Source of the DNA: Octopus sinensis
Lineage: Eukaryota
Assembly (NCBI RefSeq): GCF_006345805.1
Contig: NC_043019.1
Location: forward strand, 6,137,360 to 6,201,359
Direction: 5' to 3'
DNA: 64,000 nt
The notes beneath the pieces are model-generated. The model was not told the origin of the DNA, did no database searches, and was given only the letters and a program-made list of their open reading frames with translations. Every line of letters begins with the position of its first letter. The first letter of the stretch is position 1. A program made the translations under genes and the position numbers. Positions 1-13,200 of the stretch are shown piece after piece.

Positions 1-160
1 TGAACCTACCTCACGGCAAGAGGTGCAAATGAGAGTAGCTATATCAAACTCCATTCTTCACCAAGTGCCACATATTAGAGGAGGCTCTTCGTAATAACAG
101 TGTAGCACAAAACGGCGGTGCAACAGCATGGCCACAGCTCTGAGCTGAAACAAGAAAAAC
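1..160 (+). mobile_element. 3' part of tRNA-derived SINE family E
   Basis: Tail aacagtgtagcacaaaacggcggtgcaacagcatggccacagctctgagctgaaacaag matches the reverse complement of the tail at ~7527-7590. Confidence 0.6.
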
Positions 161-849
161 GAAAAAATGAAAAAAAATGTTGACTGGCAGTATTCCAATC
201 TTTCCTTTATTTATCTTCAGTCAGACTGTGGTCATGCTGGAGCAACAGCATATTGAGAAAAAAAAACAATGTGATGCATTCCAGATATGTGACTAGCTAC
301 CAAGCAAAAATTGATAAAAGTGAAGCTGCAGGTGTTTGGTTCATCAAATAGCGTGTGCACGTTTTTTGGGCTTTTTATTGCAATTTTTTTTTTATTATCT
401 AAGTTAATATTTTTTATTGGAAAATTTTTGTGTATTAAGCTAAAACATTTCTAGCTTAGTATTAATGTTACTAGAATGAAAAATAGAAATGTAAATATAA
501 TTAATTGTAACAATGGAAGCGTTGCCTGAGGGAAAGTATGGACTAGAATGGAAAATGTGAGCGCTGAGTGTTAGAATATTCAAGTGCTGAACCTGGAAAA
601 GTATAAGACAAGCAGTAATTAAGCCTGGAAAAGTACTGGACGAGGAGGAAAAGACTTCAAATATTGTTGCCGAAGGAAGAATTTAAAAGCTAAAATAGCA
701 ATAAATACCCTTTTGTATTTTCTACATAAAAGTTCATCTTCAACTTCTCAAGAAGCTATTTATTTTCAATTTTAGTGCAATTTTACAGATTAAAAATTTA
801 ATAAAAATTTAATGATTTATATGTGTGTGTATGAATGTATGTATGTGTG

Positions 850-1005
850 ACGCGGTTGTGTGGTAAGAAACTTGCTTCCCAGCTACCTGGTTCTGAGTTC
901 AGTTCCACTGCGTGGCACCTTGGGCAAGTGTCTTCTACTATAGCCTCGGGCCGACAAAAGTCTTGTGAGTGGATTTGGTTGATGGAAACTAAAAGAAGCC
1001 TGTCG

Positions 1006-1036
<31 letters not shown>

Positions 1037-1336
1037 ATATGTGTATAGATATAATATATAATATATATATATATATTATATACATAATACATTATACATA
1101 TATACATATATATATGTATATCTTTATCTGTTTGTGTTTGTATGTTCCTCCAACATCGCTTGACAACCGATGTTGGTGTGTTTTATGCCCTGTAACTAAG
1201 CGGTTTGGCAAAAAAGACCGATAGAATAAGTACCAGGCTTACAAAGAATAAGTCCAGGGGTCGATTTCTTCGACTATAAGGCGGTGCTCCAACATGGCCA
1301 CAGTCAAAGTGACAGAAGCAAGAAAAAGAATAAAAC
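850..1336 (+). mobile_element. SINE family A (tRNA head, CORE-like ggcaccttgggcaagtg block, internal (TA)n/(TG)n, gtaaaaga-type tail)
   Basis: A/B-box-like head; same body and tail as more than 10 other copies in the window. Confidence 0.85.
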
Positions 1337-1342
1337 AATAAA

Positions 1343-1383
<41 letters not shown>

Positions 1384-1579
1384 GTGTACAGTTTGCTCTT
1401 AACCGTGGTTTGGATTTTGACCGTTCTTCCTAGCATGTAAGGTGTCCTCTTAGGGTCACCTTCTTTGTGTTTAAAGGAATTCTGAATTTATATGGAAAAT
1501 ATTGACTATTTTATACATGCTAGGCCACTGGTAGAAAAATTCCTATAATTTTCCTACCTGTATTTTTTCTTATATATAT

Positions 1580-1687
<108 letters not shown>

Positions 1688-1719
1688 CGAATAAGTAACA
1701 AGGATGTCCAGGTATCAGA

Positions 1720-1805
1720 GCATTACGGTAGTTTCAAAGCGGCTCCATTTAATCGATCAATGCAAGCATTACATCAATTTGAAATACACTGCTATCTTCA
1801 GATGC
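1720..1805 (-). ncRNA. Weak type-I hammerhead ribozyme-like motif
   Basis: gcat-CTGAAGA-(59 nt)-GAAA-ctaccg-TA-atgc; 4-bp stem I, poorly closed stem II. Confidence 0.35.
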
Positions 1806-2210
1806 GTAAGACCATATAGATTTTCAACACACAGGATACCCCATTATAATGTTTTAGCAAATTTTTCATCAGAACTAGAGAATAAAAGAATTACAATGCT
1901 TACTGTTGTTATTGTAGCAGAATGAACTAAGGGAGAAAATACTTAAAGCCTACCGTAATTCAAAATGGCAGAATATTACAATAGGGGTCAAGAAAGACCA
2001 GTGGTGATATAGCTACATTCATCTTTATCCTTATCACAATCAAAAATCCAATGCAGCGAGTATTCTACATCCCCTTAGAATTCCTTATTACTTATTTGCT
2101 TTTTATTCACCTAACTTCGAGCTGCGCAGAAAATACCGGATTGACTTGATGCCTCAACTTAAGTACCTAATTCAACTGAATCTTAATTGTGTGTTTGTGT
2201 GTGTGTGTGT

Positions 2211-2520
2211 GGAGGCGCAATGGCCCAGTGGTTAGGGCAGCGGACACGCGGTTGTAGAATCGCGGTTTCGATTCCCAGACCGGCCGTTGAGAGTGTTTAT
2301 TGAGCGAAAACACCTACAGCTCCACGAGGCTCCAGCAGGGGGTAGCGGCGATCCCTGCTGTACTCTTTGCCACAACTTTCTCTCACTCTTTCTTTTGTTG
2401 GCCCGCTCGCTTAGCCAGCGGGGTGTCATCCTTTGAAGGCTAAAACAATACGAAACGCATTGTGACCAGCGATGTGTAGCAATATCTGATAACCTGGTCG
2501 GTCGCGGTGATCACGGTGAT
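2211..2520 (+). mobile_element. SINE family B, tail type 1 (ends cacggtgat then (TA)n)
   Basis: Head ggaggcgcaatggcccagtggttagggc with B-box-like ggtttcgattccc; matches 53218-53519. Confidence 0.85.
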
Positions 2521-2637
2521 ATATATATATATATATATATATATGGTTCTGGGTTCAGTTTCACTGCATAGCACCTTGGCCGTCTTCTACTGTAGCCTCA
2601 TGACGACCAAACCCTTGTGAACGGATTTGGTAGCCCG

Positions 2638-2676
<39 letters not shown>

Positions 2677-2722
2677 CACACACGTATGTATATATATATG
2701 CACACACATGTGTGGGGGGGTG

Positions 2723-3230
2723 AAGGCGCGTGACTTAGTGGTTAAGGTATTCGGCTCACAATCATGAGTTCGATTTCCAGCGTCACGATTTGTAACACTT
2801 TATTTCACGGTGCTTCAGTCCACTCAGCTGGCAAAAATGAATTGTGCCTGTATTTCAGAGCCAACCTTGTCACGTCAAATCTCCCTAAGAACTACATTAA
2901 GGGTGCGCGTATCTGTAGACTGCCCAGCAACTTTCACTAAATTTCCCAAGCAGGCTGTTCCGTTGATCGGATCGACTAGAACTCTTGGAGTCGTAACTGA
3001 CGGAGTGCCAATTCTATATGTGTGTGTGTGTTTTTTTTCTTCTTTTTTTTTCTTTGTCCACCACTTGACAACTGGTGTTGGGGTATTTAATTCCCCGTAA
3101 CTTATCGGTTCAGCAAAAGCGACCGATAGAATAAATACAAGGCTTAGAAAATGTACTGGATGCGGATTCATTCGACTAGAATTCTTCAAAGCGGTGTCCC
3201 TGTATGGCTGCAGTCTAATGACTTAAGGAA
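2723..3230 (+). mobile_element. SINE family D followed by a family A-type tail
   Basis: tRNA-like head ggcgcgtgacttagtggttaagg; body similar to 24348-24672. Confidence 0.65.
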
Positions 3231-3262
3231 AATGATTAAAAGATATATTATGAGATATAGGC

Positions 3263-3468
3263 GAGGCGCAGGATTGGTTGTGTGGTAAGTAGCTTGCTTA
3301 CCAACCACATGGTTCCGGGTTCAGTCCCACTGCGTGGCACCTTGGGCAAGTGTCTTCTACTATAGCCTCAAGCTGACCAAAGCCTTGTGAGTGGATTTGG
3401 TAGACAGAAACTGAAAGAAGCCTGTCGTATATATGTATATGTATATGTGTGTGGTGTGTGTGTGTGTG

Positions 3469-3499
<31 letters not shown>

Positions 3500-3678
3500 T
3501 CGCTCCAACATCGCTTGACAACCGATGCTGGTGTGTTTACGTCACCGTAAATTAGCGGTTCGGAAAAAGAGACCGATAGAATAAGTACTAGGCTTACAAA
3601 GACTAAGTCCTGGGGTCGATTTGCTCGACTAAAGGCAGTGCTACAGCATGGCTGCAGTCAAATGACTGAAAAAAGTAA
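3263..3678 (+). mobile_element. SINE family A, full length
   Basis: Head, body and tail all present. Confidence 0.9.
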
Positions 3679-3721
3679 GATATATCTAAGAATTCACGTA
3701 ATAGCAATTTACCCAAATTAC

Positions 3722-4128
3722 TCTCTTTACTCTTTTACTTGTTTCAGACACTTGACTGCGGCCATGCTGGAGCACCGCCTTTAATCGAGTAACTCGACCC
3801 CGGGACTTATTCTTTGTAAGCCCAGTACTTATTCTATCGGTCTCTTTTGCCGAACCGCTAAGTAACGGGGACATAAACACACCAGCATCGGTTGTCAAGC
3901 AATGCTAGGGTGACAAACACAGACACACAAACATACACGCACACATATATATATACATATATACGACGGGCTTCTTTCAGTTTCCGTCTACCAAATCCAC
4001 TCACAAGGCTTTGGTCGGCCCGAGGCTATAGTAGAAGACACTTGCCCAAGGTGCCACGCAGTGGGACTGAACCCGGAACCATGTGGTTGGTAAGCAAGCT
4101 ACTTACCACACAGCCACTCCTGCGCCTA
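3722..4128 (-). mobile_element. SINE family A, full length, tail-to-tail with the previous copy
   Basis: Reverse complement of the family A sequence. Confidence 0.9.
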
Positions 4129-4734
4129 TATAGGTAATGTATTTTTCAAAAGAAGCTTCAGTTATGCCTACATTTTGCACTCAATTTGTTCATTAGATTT
4201 CATATTTTTTTAATATTCTTCTAACTGTAAGTAGAAAATACTTTGTTATCTCATAATGCAAATGAAATTAATTCTTTTGTTGCATCAAAAACGTTAATAT
4301 TTTCTTCTCTTATCTTTGAATTACATATATTTTACATGAGTTTAATTTCATGATACAATATCTGTGGATACAAAGTTTTGGATAATGAGTTTTGTTAAGA
4401 AAATACAATTTAAAAAATAATGAGAGAGAAATCTTTTTAAAAGTTCTAGATCAAAAACACCAACTTAAAAAAGCAAAAAAGCTTAAATATATATATAATT
4501 AAATATTACGGTGCTCCAGCATGGCCGCGGCCAAATGACTGAAACAAGTAAAAGATAAAAGATAAGTGCACACGCTATTTGGAGAATGATTTTCGAAATT
4601 TATTCAGCAAATGTTGTTACAGCGGAGAAGTTGAAATATCAAAGTTACTGTCAAAATTTTCCTTGTAAATGTTTAATAAACTCAACTCTGATAAAGAGTA
4701 TTAAAAATCCATCAGTTTCATGTTAAATTCTACA

Positions 4735-5287
<553 letters not shown>

Positions 5288-5379
5288 ATATATATATATG
5301 AATAATATATATATATATACATATATATATATATGTACATACATCATAATACACACACACCCACACACACACACACCAC

Positions 5380-5475
<96 letters not shown>

Positions 5476-5479
5476 TATA

Positions 5480-6173
5480 GGTACAGGACGCTACAAACCG
5501 TTAACAACATGAAATACGAAAACAAGAGTTGAATACGCAAACAACGTGAGAAACAAATGGAACATAGGACAAGTAACATAAAGAACGACCCTTCATCAGT
5601 TGTCAGTTGTCCATCTACTCCTCATTTCGAACATTGAGCGACAATATGAGTCTTCGATGGCAGTTGCTCCCGCAAATCAAAATAAAATTTGGGATTTGCA
5701 GCGGGTCAAAGTTGGTAACAAAAACAGGACAGTGGAGACGTGCAAGGAAACCGAACCTCACGTGATCATCTTTCTTTTCCTTCGGGGCTGAGTCTCTCTC
5801 TCTCTTCTATCTTTTCTCTTGTCAAAGAAAATATTTCTCCACCGTTCGCTATTTTATTTTCGTCTCGTCCGACGAGCCTCCATGTTTGTTTTCGTTCAGT
5901 TTCCTTGTATGTCTCCACTATTCCTGTTTTTGTTACCAGCTTTGACCCTCTGCAAATCCCAAATTCTGTTTTGATTTGCAGGAGCAACTGCGTTGAAAGA
6001 CTTATATTACCGTTCAATGCTGGAAATAAGGAGTAGATGGACAGTCGACAACTGATGAAGGGTCGTTCTTTATGTTACTTGCCCTGTTTCCCATTTGCTT
6101 CTCTCATTCTTTGCGTATTCAACTGTTTTGTTTTCGCATTTCATGTTATTTACAGTTTGTGACTTACTGTACC
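5480..6173. repeat. Inverted repeat with ~140-bp arms (5480-5621, 6030-6173), PLE pseudo-LTR-like
   Basis: Arms are imperfect reverse complements, each containing ctgatgaaggg; (TA)n on both sides. Confidence 0.65.
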
Positions 6174-6292
6174 CATATATGCACGTATGTTTATATATAT
6201 ATATATATATATACATATATATACACGTGATATATATATATATTATTTATATCATTATTTGATTGAACGCCACGCATCCATTTCCAAGTAAG

Positions 6293-6332
<40 letters not shown>

Positions 6333-6496
6333 GAAACGTCGACTTCGGTGGAATTTGAACTTAGAACGTAAAGACACGAATTTATATAATATATTCATTG
6401 AAGAAAAGTTTTCTTCAAATATAATATATTAAACCAGTGAATCTTAGATGAATATCCCTATAGGAGGTTTAAATATCCTCATTGTGACTATGACAT

Positions 6497-6524
6497 ATAT
6501 ATATATATATATAAAGCTGAAGTA

Positions 6525-6590
<66 letters not shown>

Positions 6591-7354
6591 CAGGTTTGGT
6601 AGCCTTCAACTAACACTATCTCCTCCGAGACCCTGCGGCGCAAGTTGACCAAAACTGAGAGTATGGCTTGCTCTTCATTCCAAAGAAAAACAAATTCAAA
6701 TCTGACCATGTTAAGACCAAAAATTATTTACATCAAAAAGGTGCTTTTTTTTCTATGAAAATCCCCATTTTTTACGATTTATTTACTGCTATGTCGCCGT
6801 TTTTCGGTGTATTTCAACCAGAAAAAGTGTGATCTGCATGCTCTTACTATCTACAATGTTCAAGTCAAACCTTCAATGGGTATATTTTGATTTTACAGAT
6901 TTTTTTAGTTATACGTGATGTAAAATAGTCGATTTTATTCATTTTACAGGTACAACCACGATTCATGTTGCCCACCCGTTTGGCTTCAAAATAACATTTT
7001 TGGGGGTTTTTTTGTAACCACAAACTGTTCTTAATAACGTTTTGGATTTTCCTGTACTTTTTCTTAATGAAGACTGTTGCAGTTCGAAACTTGAGCTTCA
7101 TCTTGCTTTAAATCAACAGGTAATTTTTTTCTCCATAATGTTAATTAGAAGGAATATTAATCAACAATACCAACAACTGGATTCGGCATTACACGTTTGC
7201 AGCACATTCAGAGCAAACTCGAGCATCGCCACACTACACTTTTATTCATAGATTGAAACTATGTCAAAACTTTGTTAACATGACATCAAAGTCTGCCGTT
7301 TTAAGCGCAAGTAAAAAACAAAACAAACCCGAGCAACGCCGGGCTATACTGCTG
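6497..7354 (+). mobile_element. Non-autonomous Helitron
   Basis: 5' part shared with 52456-52812; 3' hairpin cccgagcaacgccggg and a degenerate CTAG end. Confidence 0.75.
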
Positions 7355-7362
7355 TATCTATA

Positions 7363-7422
<60 letters not shown>

Positions 7423-7526
7423 AGATATATATATATTAATTAGTAAGGTGGCTATTCGCAGTTACAAACTGAAGGCAACAATTATAGTTGTCACTTAAAG
7501 TGACAACTGAACAATATATATATTCT

Positions 7527-7843
7527 CCCTTGTTTCAACTCAGAGCTGTGGCCATGCTGATGCACCGCCGTTTTGCTACACTGTTACGACTTGGTAACCT
7601 TGTACCAAATGTATTCGTGGTGACAGCCTTCTACCTTTGACTTACTTGAACATCGAGGACATTATAGCAGGTGGGAAGGTGCCATGCACGAAAACCGGCA
7701 GAAAATCAATTTCGTTCCAGTAAAGTGCAACAGCGGGAAATTAACTGTCTTACACAGAAACAAGAAATGCCTTTTCAAACCAAGAATTGAACTCACAGCC
7801 GCCTAATCCTGAGCACAATGCCCTAATCTCTGAGTCAATAACC
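7527..7843 (-). mobile_element. SINE family E
   Basis: Minus-strand head gactcagagattagggc...gagttcaattc; tail shared with 95-160. Confidence 0.65.
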
Positions 7844-8361
7844 TTCATATATTTGCGGATGGTTAACTATGTGGTCATATAATTATAAACAAATAGCTTG
7901 CAGATATTCAAGTATATTTAGATGGAAAGATATACATTAACTGAAAATCAATCCTAATTTTGTATCAACAGCTACTAAATAACAAACATAAAAACAAATA
8001 TATAAAAACTACAGTAACACAAAAAAAAAGCTATTATGTTTTGTGTTGTTTTTTGTATTTGTTTTTTTCATTTTGTATTTGTACAGTTTACGCATACAAT
8101 TTCTAATTTTTCTTATATTTATTCTCATCAGCGATACCACTTTGTGTGAATAATCACTTTTCTTTTTTTCTTCGTTAAAACAATTCTCTTCGAAGTTTAC
8201 AGGATTCCATTTTCAATTGAAGAATTATGTAAACGGAAAATGGCGTCTTGGGAAAAATTATTTAGTCTTTTTAAATGATTCTTTGTTTCTGTAACTAAGA
8301 TTTAGCGAGCAAGCTTTGAGTGTGTGTGTGTGCGTATGCGTGTGGTGGATAATGGACACAA

Positions 8362-8444
<83 letters not shown>

Positions 8445-9074
8445 ATAATAGAAATATTAAAATTACTAAGTCTCTCTAAAAGAGAACAACGGCAGCGTTC
8501 CCGGAAAATAATAGTTATAGCCATACTAATATGGCATTCTTATAAAATAAGAAAAGCTGTCCGCTTATTAGCTCCATGAGGCCATCGCCTTAAGTTAGCT
8601 ATTTGATACACAAACTGTATCCATATTAACCTTTGAACAAGGGAGGTCAGTCGCTCCACACTACTTGGCCGGCAGCTACAGACGCGTTTCGGGGTATTGC
8701 CCCTTTTCAATGCAGCGTAGCCAGACCAGTAGGTGTCGCTTCTGACAATCTCTGTTCAAAGGTTTTATTTACCTAGCTTCGGTGGAATACATCCACTTGT
8801 TTTCAATAATAGAAATATTAAAATTACTAAGTCTCTCTAAAAGAGAACAACGGCAGCGTTCCCGGAAAATAATAGTTATCGCCATACTAATATGGCATTC
8901 TTATAAAAATAAGAATAAAGCTGTCCGCTTATTAGCTCCATGAGGCCATCGCCTTAAGTTAGCTATTTGATACACAAACTGTATCCATATAACCTTTGAA
9001 CAAGGGAGGTCAGTCGCTCCACACTACTTGGCCGGCAGCTACAGACGCGTTTCGGGGTATTGCCCCTTTTCAAT
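8445..9074 (-). repeat. Partial tandem duplication (~265-bp shared unit), PLE pseudo-LTR or retrozyme-like
   Basis: 8445-8711 is near-identical to 8806-9074; both contain the hammerhead core. Confidence 0.85.
8675..8716 (-). ncRNA. Minimal type-I hammerhead ribozyme, U3-A8 core variant
   Basis: gctgca-TTGAAAA-gggg caata cccc-GAAA-cgcg-TC-tgtagc; stems I and II pair, stem III is palindromic. Confidence 0.8.
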
Positions 9075-9136
9075 TTTACTTAAATCTGATGGGTTGGTCT
9101 ACACGTCATTTATTATTCTTATACAAGACTGTTGTT

Positions 9137-9177
9137 GACTGAAACTTCGAAGCTTCGGCTAGCTTAGCCATCGTCGG
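9137..9177 (-). ncRNA. Degenerate hammerhead relic
   Basis: cCgacga-t-ggcta agc tagcc-gaaG-cttcgaag-TT-tcagtc; two core changes, and the stem I 5' strand is lost in (TA)n. Confidence 0.35.
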
Positions 9178-9230
9178 ATATATATGTGTGTGTGTACCAC
9201 ATTGTATGTGCTTATATATATAAATATATA

Positions 9231-9555
9231 TCCACTGCGTGGCACCTTGGGCAAGTATCTTCTACTATAGCCTCAGGCCGACCAAAGCCTTGTGAGTGGA
9301 TTTGGCAGACGGAAACTGAAAGAAGCCTGTTGTATATGTGTGTATGTATCTGTGTATCTGTGTTTGTCCTTCCACCATCACTCGACAACCGATATTGGTG
9401 TGTTTATGTCCCCGTAACTTAGCGGTTCGGCAAAAGTAACCGATAGAATAAGTACTAGGCTTACAAAGAATAAGTCCTGGAATCGATTTGTTCGACTAAA
9501 AGGCGGTGCTCCAGCATGGCCGCAGTCAAATGACTGAAACACGTAAAAGAATTAA
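9231..9555 (+). mobile_element. SINE family A, 5'-truncated
   Basis: Body and tail present; shares diagnostic variants with 20161-20460. Confidence 0.85.
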
Positions 9556-9730
9556 AGAATATATACATATATGGATATATATTAAGAGAAAGGGCGAGAG
9601 CGAAAGAGAGAATTATGATGTATCAACATGAAAGACGCAATTAATTACAGGTCTTTAGCTGCAACACATCGTTACATTTCAGCAAATCCAACGGAGACAG
9701 ACTTGCATATATTTACATAGACGGTTGTGT

Positions 9731-10104
9731 GGAGGCACGTGGCCTAGTGGTTAGAGTGGCGGACTTGCAGTCGAGGGATCGCGGGTTCGAATCTCAGACC
9801 GGGCGATGTGTGTGTTTATGAGCGAAACAGCCAAGCTCCACTCGGCACCGGCAAAGGTAATGGCGAACTTCTGCTGCTGATTCTTTCCTCACAACTTTCT
9901 CTCACTCTTTCCTCTTGCATCTTGCAGCTCACCTGCATTTCGTGTGCGGTTACGTTCTAAGTTCAAATTCCGCCGAGGTCGACTTTGCCTTTCATCCTTT
10001 CGGGGTCGATTAAATAAGTACCAGTTACGCACTGGGGTCGATATAATCGACTTAATCCGTTTGTCCCCTCTGTGTTTAGCCCCTTGTGGGTAGTAAAGAA
10101 ATAA
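9731..10104 (+). mobile_element. SINE family B head and body fused to a 5'-truncated family C copy
   Basis: ggaggcacgtggcctagtgg...gcagctcacctgc, then gttctaagttcaaattccgccgaggtcgac. Confidence 0.75.
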
Positions 10105-10287
10105 TAAATATAAATATCTCGAAAATATTGCCGTTGTTAAATTAACAATCTAGCATAACTGTAGTAAAAATTCGGAGTACCACACACCCCATTCCTCGAT
10201 TTCAATGAACAAACCGGGTGCGACACATTTAGCCTCCTCGCCCACCACCCAGTATAGACAAAAATAACAAAAAGACATAAATATATA

Positions 10288-10506
10288 TATTTCTTTACTA
10301 CCCACAAGGGACTAAACATAGAGGAGACAAACAAGGACAGACAAAGGGATTAAGTCGATTACATCGACCCAGTGCGAAGCTGGTACTTTATTTAATCGAC
10401 CCCGAGAGGATGAAAGGCAAAGTCGACCTCGGCGGAATTTGAACTCAGAACGTAACGACGAAATACCGCTAAGCATTTCGCCTGGCGCGCTAACGTTTCT
10501 GCCAGC
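10288..10506 (-). mobile_element. SINE family C (core gtcgactttgcctttcatcctttcggggtcga)
   Basis: Reverse complement of family C. Confidence 0.85.
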
Positions 10507-10754
10507 AGGCGCGTGTGTGGCTGCGTGGTAAGAAGCTTGATTTTTATTTATTAATTTTTTTTTTTCTAAGAGGTTTATTGCCTCAAAAGGTTTTATAAAA
10601 GAACAATGTGCTCGGGTGTACAGCAATCGGCAGGCATTGTTGTTGCCCTCATTTTCACCATTTCATTTGTCATTCATATCATTATGTGTGTGTGTGTGTG
10701 TGTGTGTCCAGCCAGCCCGCAGCTTCCTTTCTGTGTAAGGCCCTTGTGGCCGGT

Positions 10755-10939
10755 TAAATGAAATAAAGAAGCTTGATTCCCAACTACATGATTCCGGGTT
10801 CTGTCCCACTACGTGGCACCTTGGACAAGTGTCTTCTACTATAGTCCCGAGTCGACATAAGCCTTGTGAGTGGATTTGGTAGACGGAAACTGAAAGAAAC
10901 CCGTCGTAGATATGTGTGTGTGTGTATGTGTGTGTGTGT

Positions 10940-10977
<38 letters not shown>

Positions 10978-11170
10978 TCTATGTCTACGTTTGTCCCCTG
11001 TCACTGCTTGACAATCGGTATTGGTGTATTTATATTCCTGTAACCTAGCTGTTCAGCACAAAGTACCAGGCTTAAAAAAAACAAGTAGTGGGGTCAATTC
11101 ATTTGACTAAACTTTCTTCAAGGTGGTGCCCCAGCATGGCCGCAGTCTAATGACCGAAACAAGTAACAGA
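10755..11170 (+). mobile_element. SINE family A, diverged
   Basis: Body, (TG)n and tail present. Confidence 0.8.
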
Positions 11171-11533
11171 AACCAGATGAAGATACACACATTAACGATC
11201 AGCGACAGGGAATTTTCCCAGAGAGATAACCTATGTGTAATCAAACGACTCGTTTATGAGCGTTTAGTCTCGTACACCATAGAACTGTCAAATAATGAAG
11301 TCTTATAAGTTAATTAACTGGCGTTAATTAATAACGTGTTACCCGATTAATCCATTGATAGACACAGCTGTGTGCCTACGTTTCAGTTCTGTGGTGGTTG
11401 TCAGTTCGGTGGTGGCGGTAGTGGTGGTGGTGGCGGTGGTGTGCTAATCGTTTTTCTTCCAATCAGCAGACCAATTGTCAAAAGTCATTCTCCACCTATT
11501 ACAAACGGTACAAACGGTAGCCCTGGATATAAC

Positions 11534-11765
11534 TCTTTTACTCTCTTTTACTCTCTTTTACTTGTTTCAGTCATTTTGACTGCGGCCATGCTGGAGCACT
11601 GCCTTTAGTCGAGAAAATCGAGCCCAGGACTTATTCTTTGTGAGACTAGTACTTATTCTATCGGGCTCTTTTGCCGAACCGCTAAGTTACGGGATCATAA
11701 ACATACCAGCATCGGTTGTCCAGCGATGTTGAGGGGGACAAACACACACACACACACACACACAC

Positions 11766-11812
<47 letters not shown>

Positions 11813-11992
11813 TATATATACATATATACGACGGGCTTCTTTTAGTTTCCGGCTACCAAATCCACTCACAAGGCTTTGGTCAGCCCGAGGCTATAGTAGA
11901 ATACACTTGCCCAAGGTGCCACGCAGTGGGGCTGAACCCGGAACCATGTGGTTGGTAAGCAAGCTACTTACCACACAGCCACTCCTACGCCT
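11534..11992 (-). mobile_element. SINE family A, full length
   Basis: Reverse complement of family A. Confidence 0.9.
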
Positions 11993-12223
11993 ACAACTGA
12001 ATATAACTTTAATCCAACTGTGTTCTCTTCATCTAGAACAGTGTTTCCCAACCTTCTTTTTCTGGTACCCCACTTTTTAATAGCAAATTTCCAGCGTCCC
12101 ACTTTTTAATAACAAATTTTCCGACTCCCTACTTTTTCATAACAAACAATCTGGTACCCACCAACATTTTTTTTTAAATATAGAAACACAATTTTTAATT
12201 CAATTACCTGGCTGATGGATACC

Positions 12224-12468
12224 TATTTCTTTATTATCCACAAGGGTCTAAACACAGAGGGGACAAACAAGGACAGAAATAGGTATTAAGTCGATTACAT
12301 CGACCCCAGTGCGTAACTGGTACTTATTTAATCGACCCCGAAAGGATGAAAGGCAAAGTCGACCTCGGCGGAATTTGAACTCACAACGTAACGCAGACGA
12401 AATACCGCAAAGCATTTCGCCCGGTGTGCTAACGGTTCTGCCAGCTCGCCGCTAACGTTTCTGCCAGT
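12224..12468 (-). mobile_element. SINE family C with 15-bp TSD
   Basis: tggctgatggatacc at 12209-12223 and 12469-12483. Confidence 0.9.
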
Positions 12469-12825
12469 TGGCTGATGGATACCGTGACTCATTTAGTGAG
12501 AACCCCGTGCCTGGTGCATAAGGCACAGATCTTTGATTTGAGGAGACACTTTCATTAACTTCAGCTGTAAATCGTCGTTTTGTAATTTCAGGCCAGTTTC
12601 TCTTGGCTTCCAGCAAATTGTCAACTGCACTGAATCCACATTCGACCAAATAAGACGAAGGAAAATGAATCAGTAGTTCTCTTGTTGATGTAGAGATGTT
12701 GGGGTATTTCCTTTCAACTTGGTCACATATCCACATATTCGTTCCTTTCAATTTAAACAAATTCTTCACTGATTCATCATGTTGCAATTCTGATAACTCT
12801 CCTTGGTATTGAACTGCAACATCAG

Positions 12826-13200
12826 TGGAGGCGCAATGGCCCAGTGATTAGGGCAGCGGACTCGCGGTCGGAAGATCGCCGTTTCGATTCCCAGACCGGG
12901 CGTTGTGTGTGTTTATTGAGCGAAAACTACCTAAAGCTCCACGAGGCCACCGGCAGGGGATGGTGGCGACCCCTGTTGTACTCTTTCGCTCCAACTTTCT
13001 CTCACTCTTTCTTCCTGTTTCTTGTCCCCGACTTCCTACGCAACCGCTGAGCCTGGATGCGCATTCATCCATCCGTCGATGCTCTCGGTGTCGGGGGTTC
13101 ACCTGTTTTCTCTTCTGCGTGTCTTACAAATAGCAAAGGACCACGTTTCGGACTTCTCCCATCTTGCGAGCTCTGTGACGAAGACCGTTCGCTCAACAGC
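12826..13200 (+). mobile_element. SINE family B, tail type 2, inside the transposase
   Basis: Probable 14-bp TSD aactgcaacatcag (12812-12825) / aactgcaagatcag (13201-13214). Confidence 0.8.

Noticed and set aside
2211-2285. tRNA-like sequences at SINE heads
   Set aside because: They run into SINE bodies and I could not form a full cloverleaf, so they are not tRNA genes
6045-6100. CTGATGA with an aggg/ccct stem as a hammerhead
   Set aside because: No GAAA after stem II and no stem I or III
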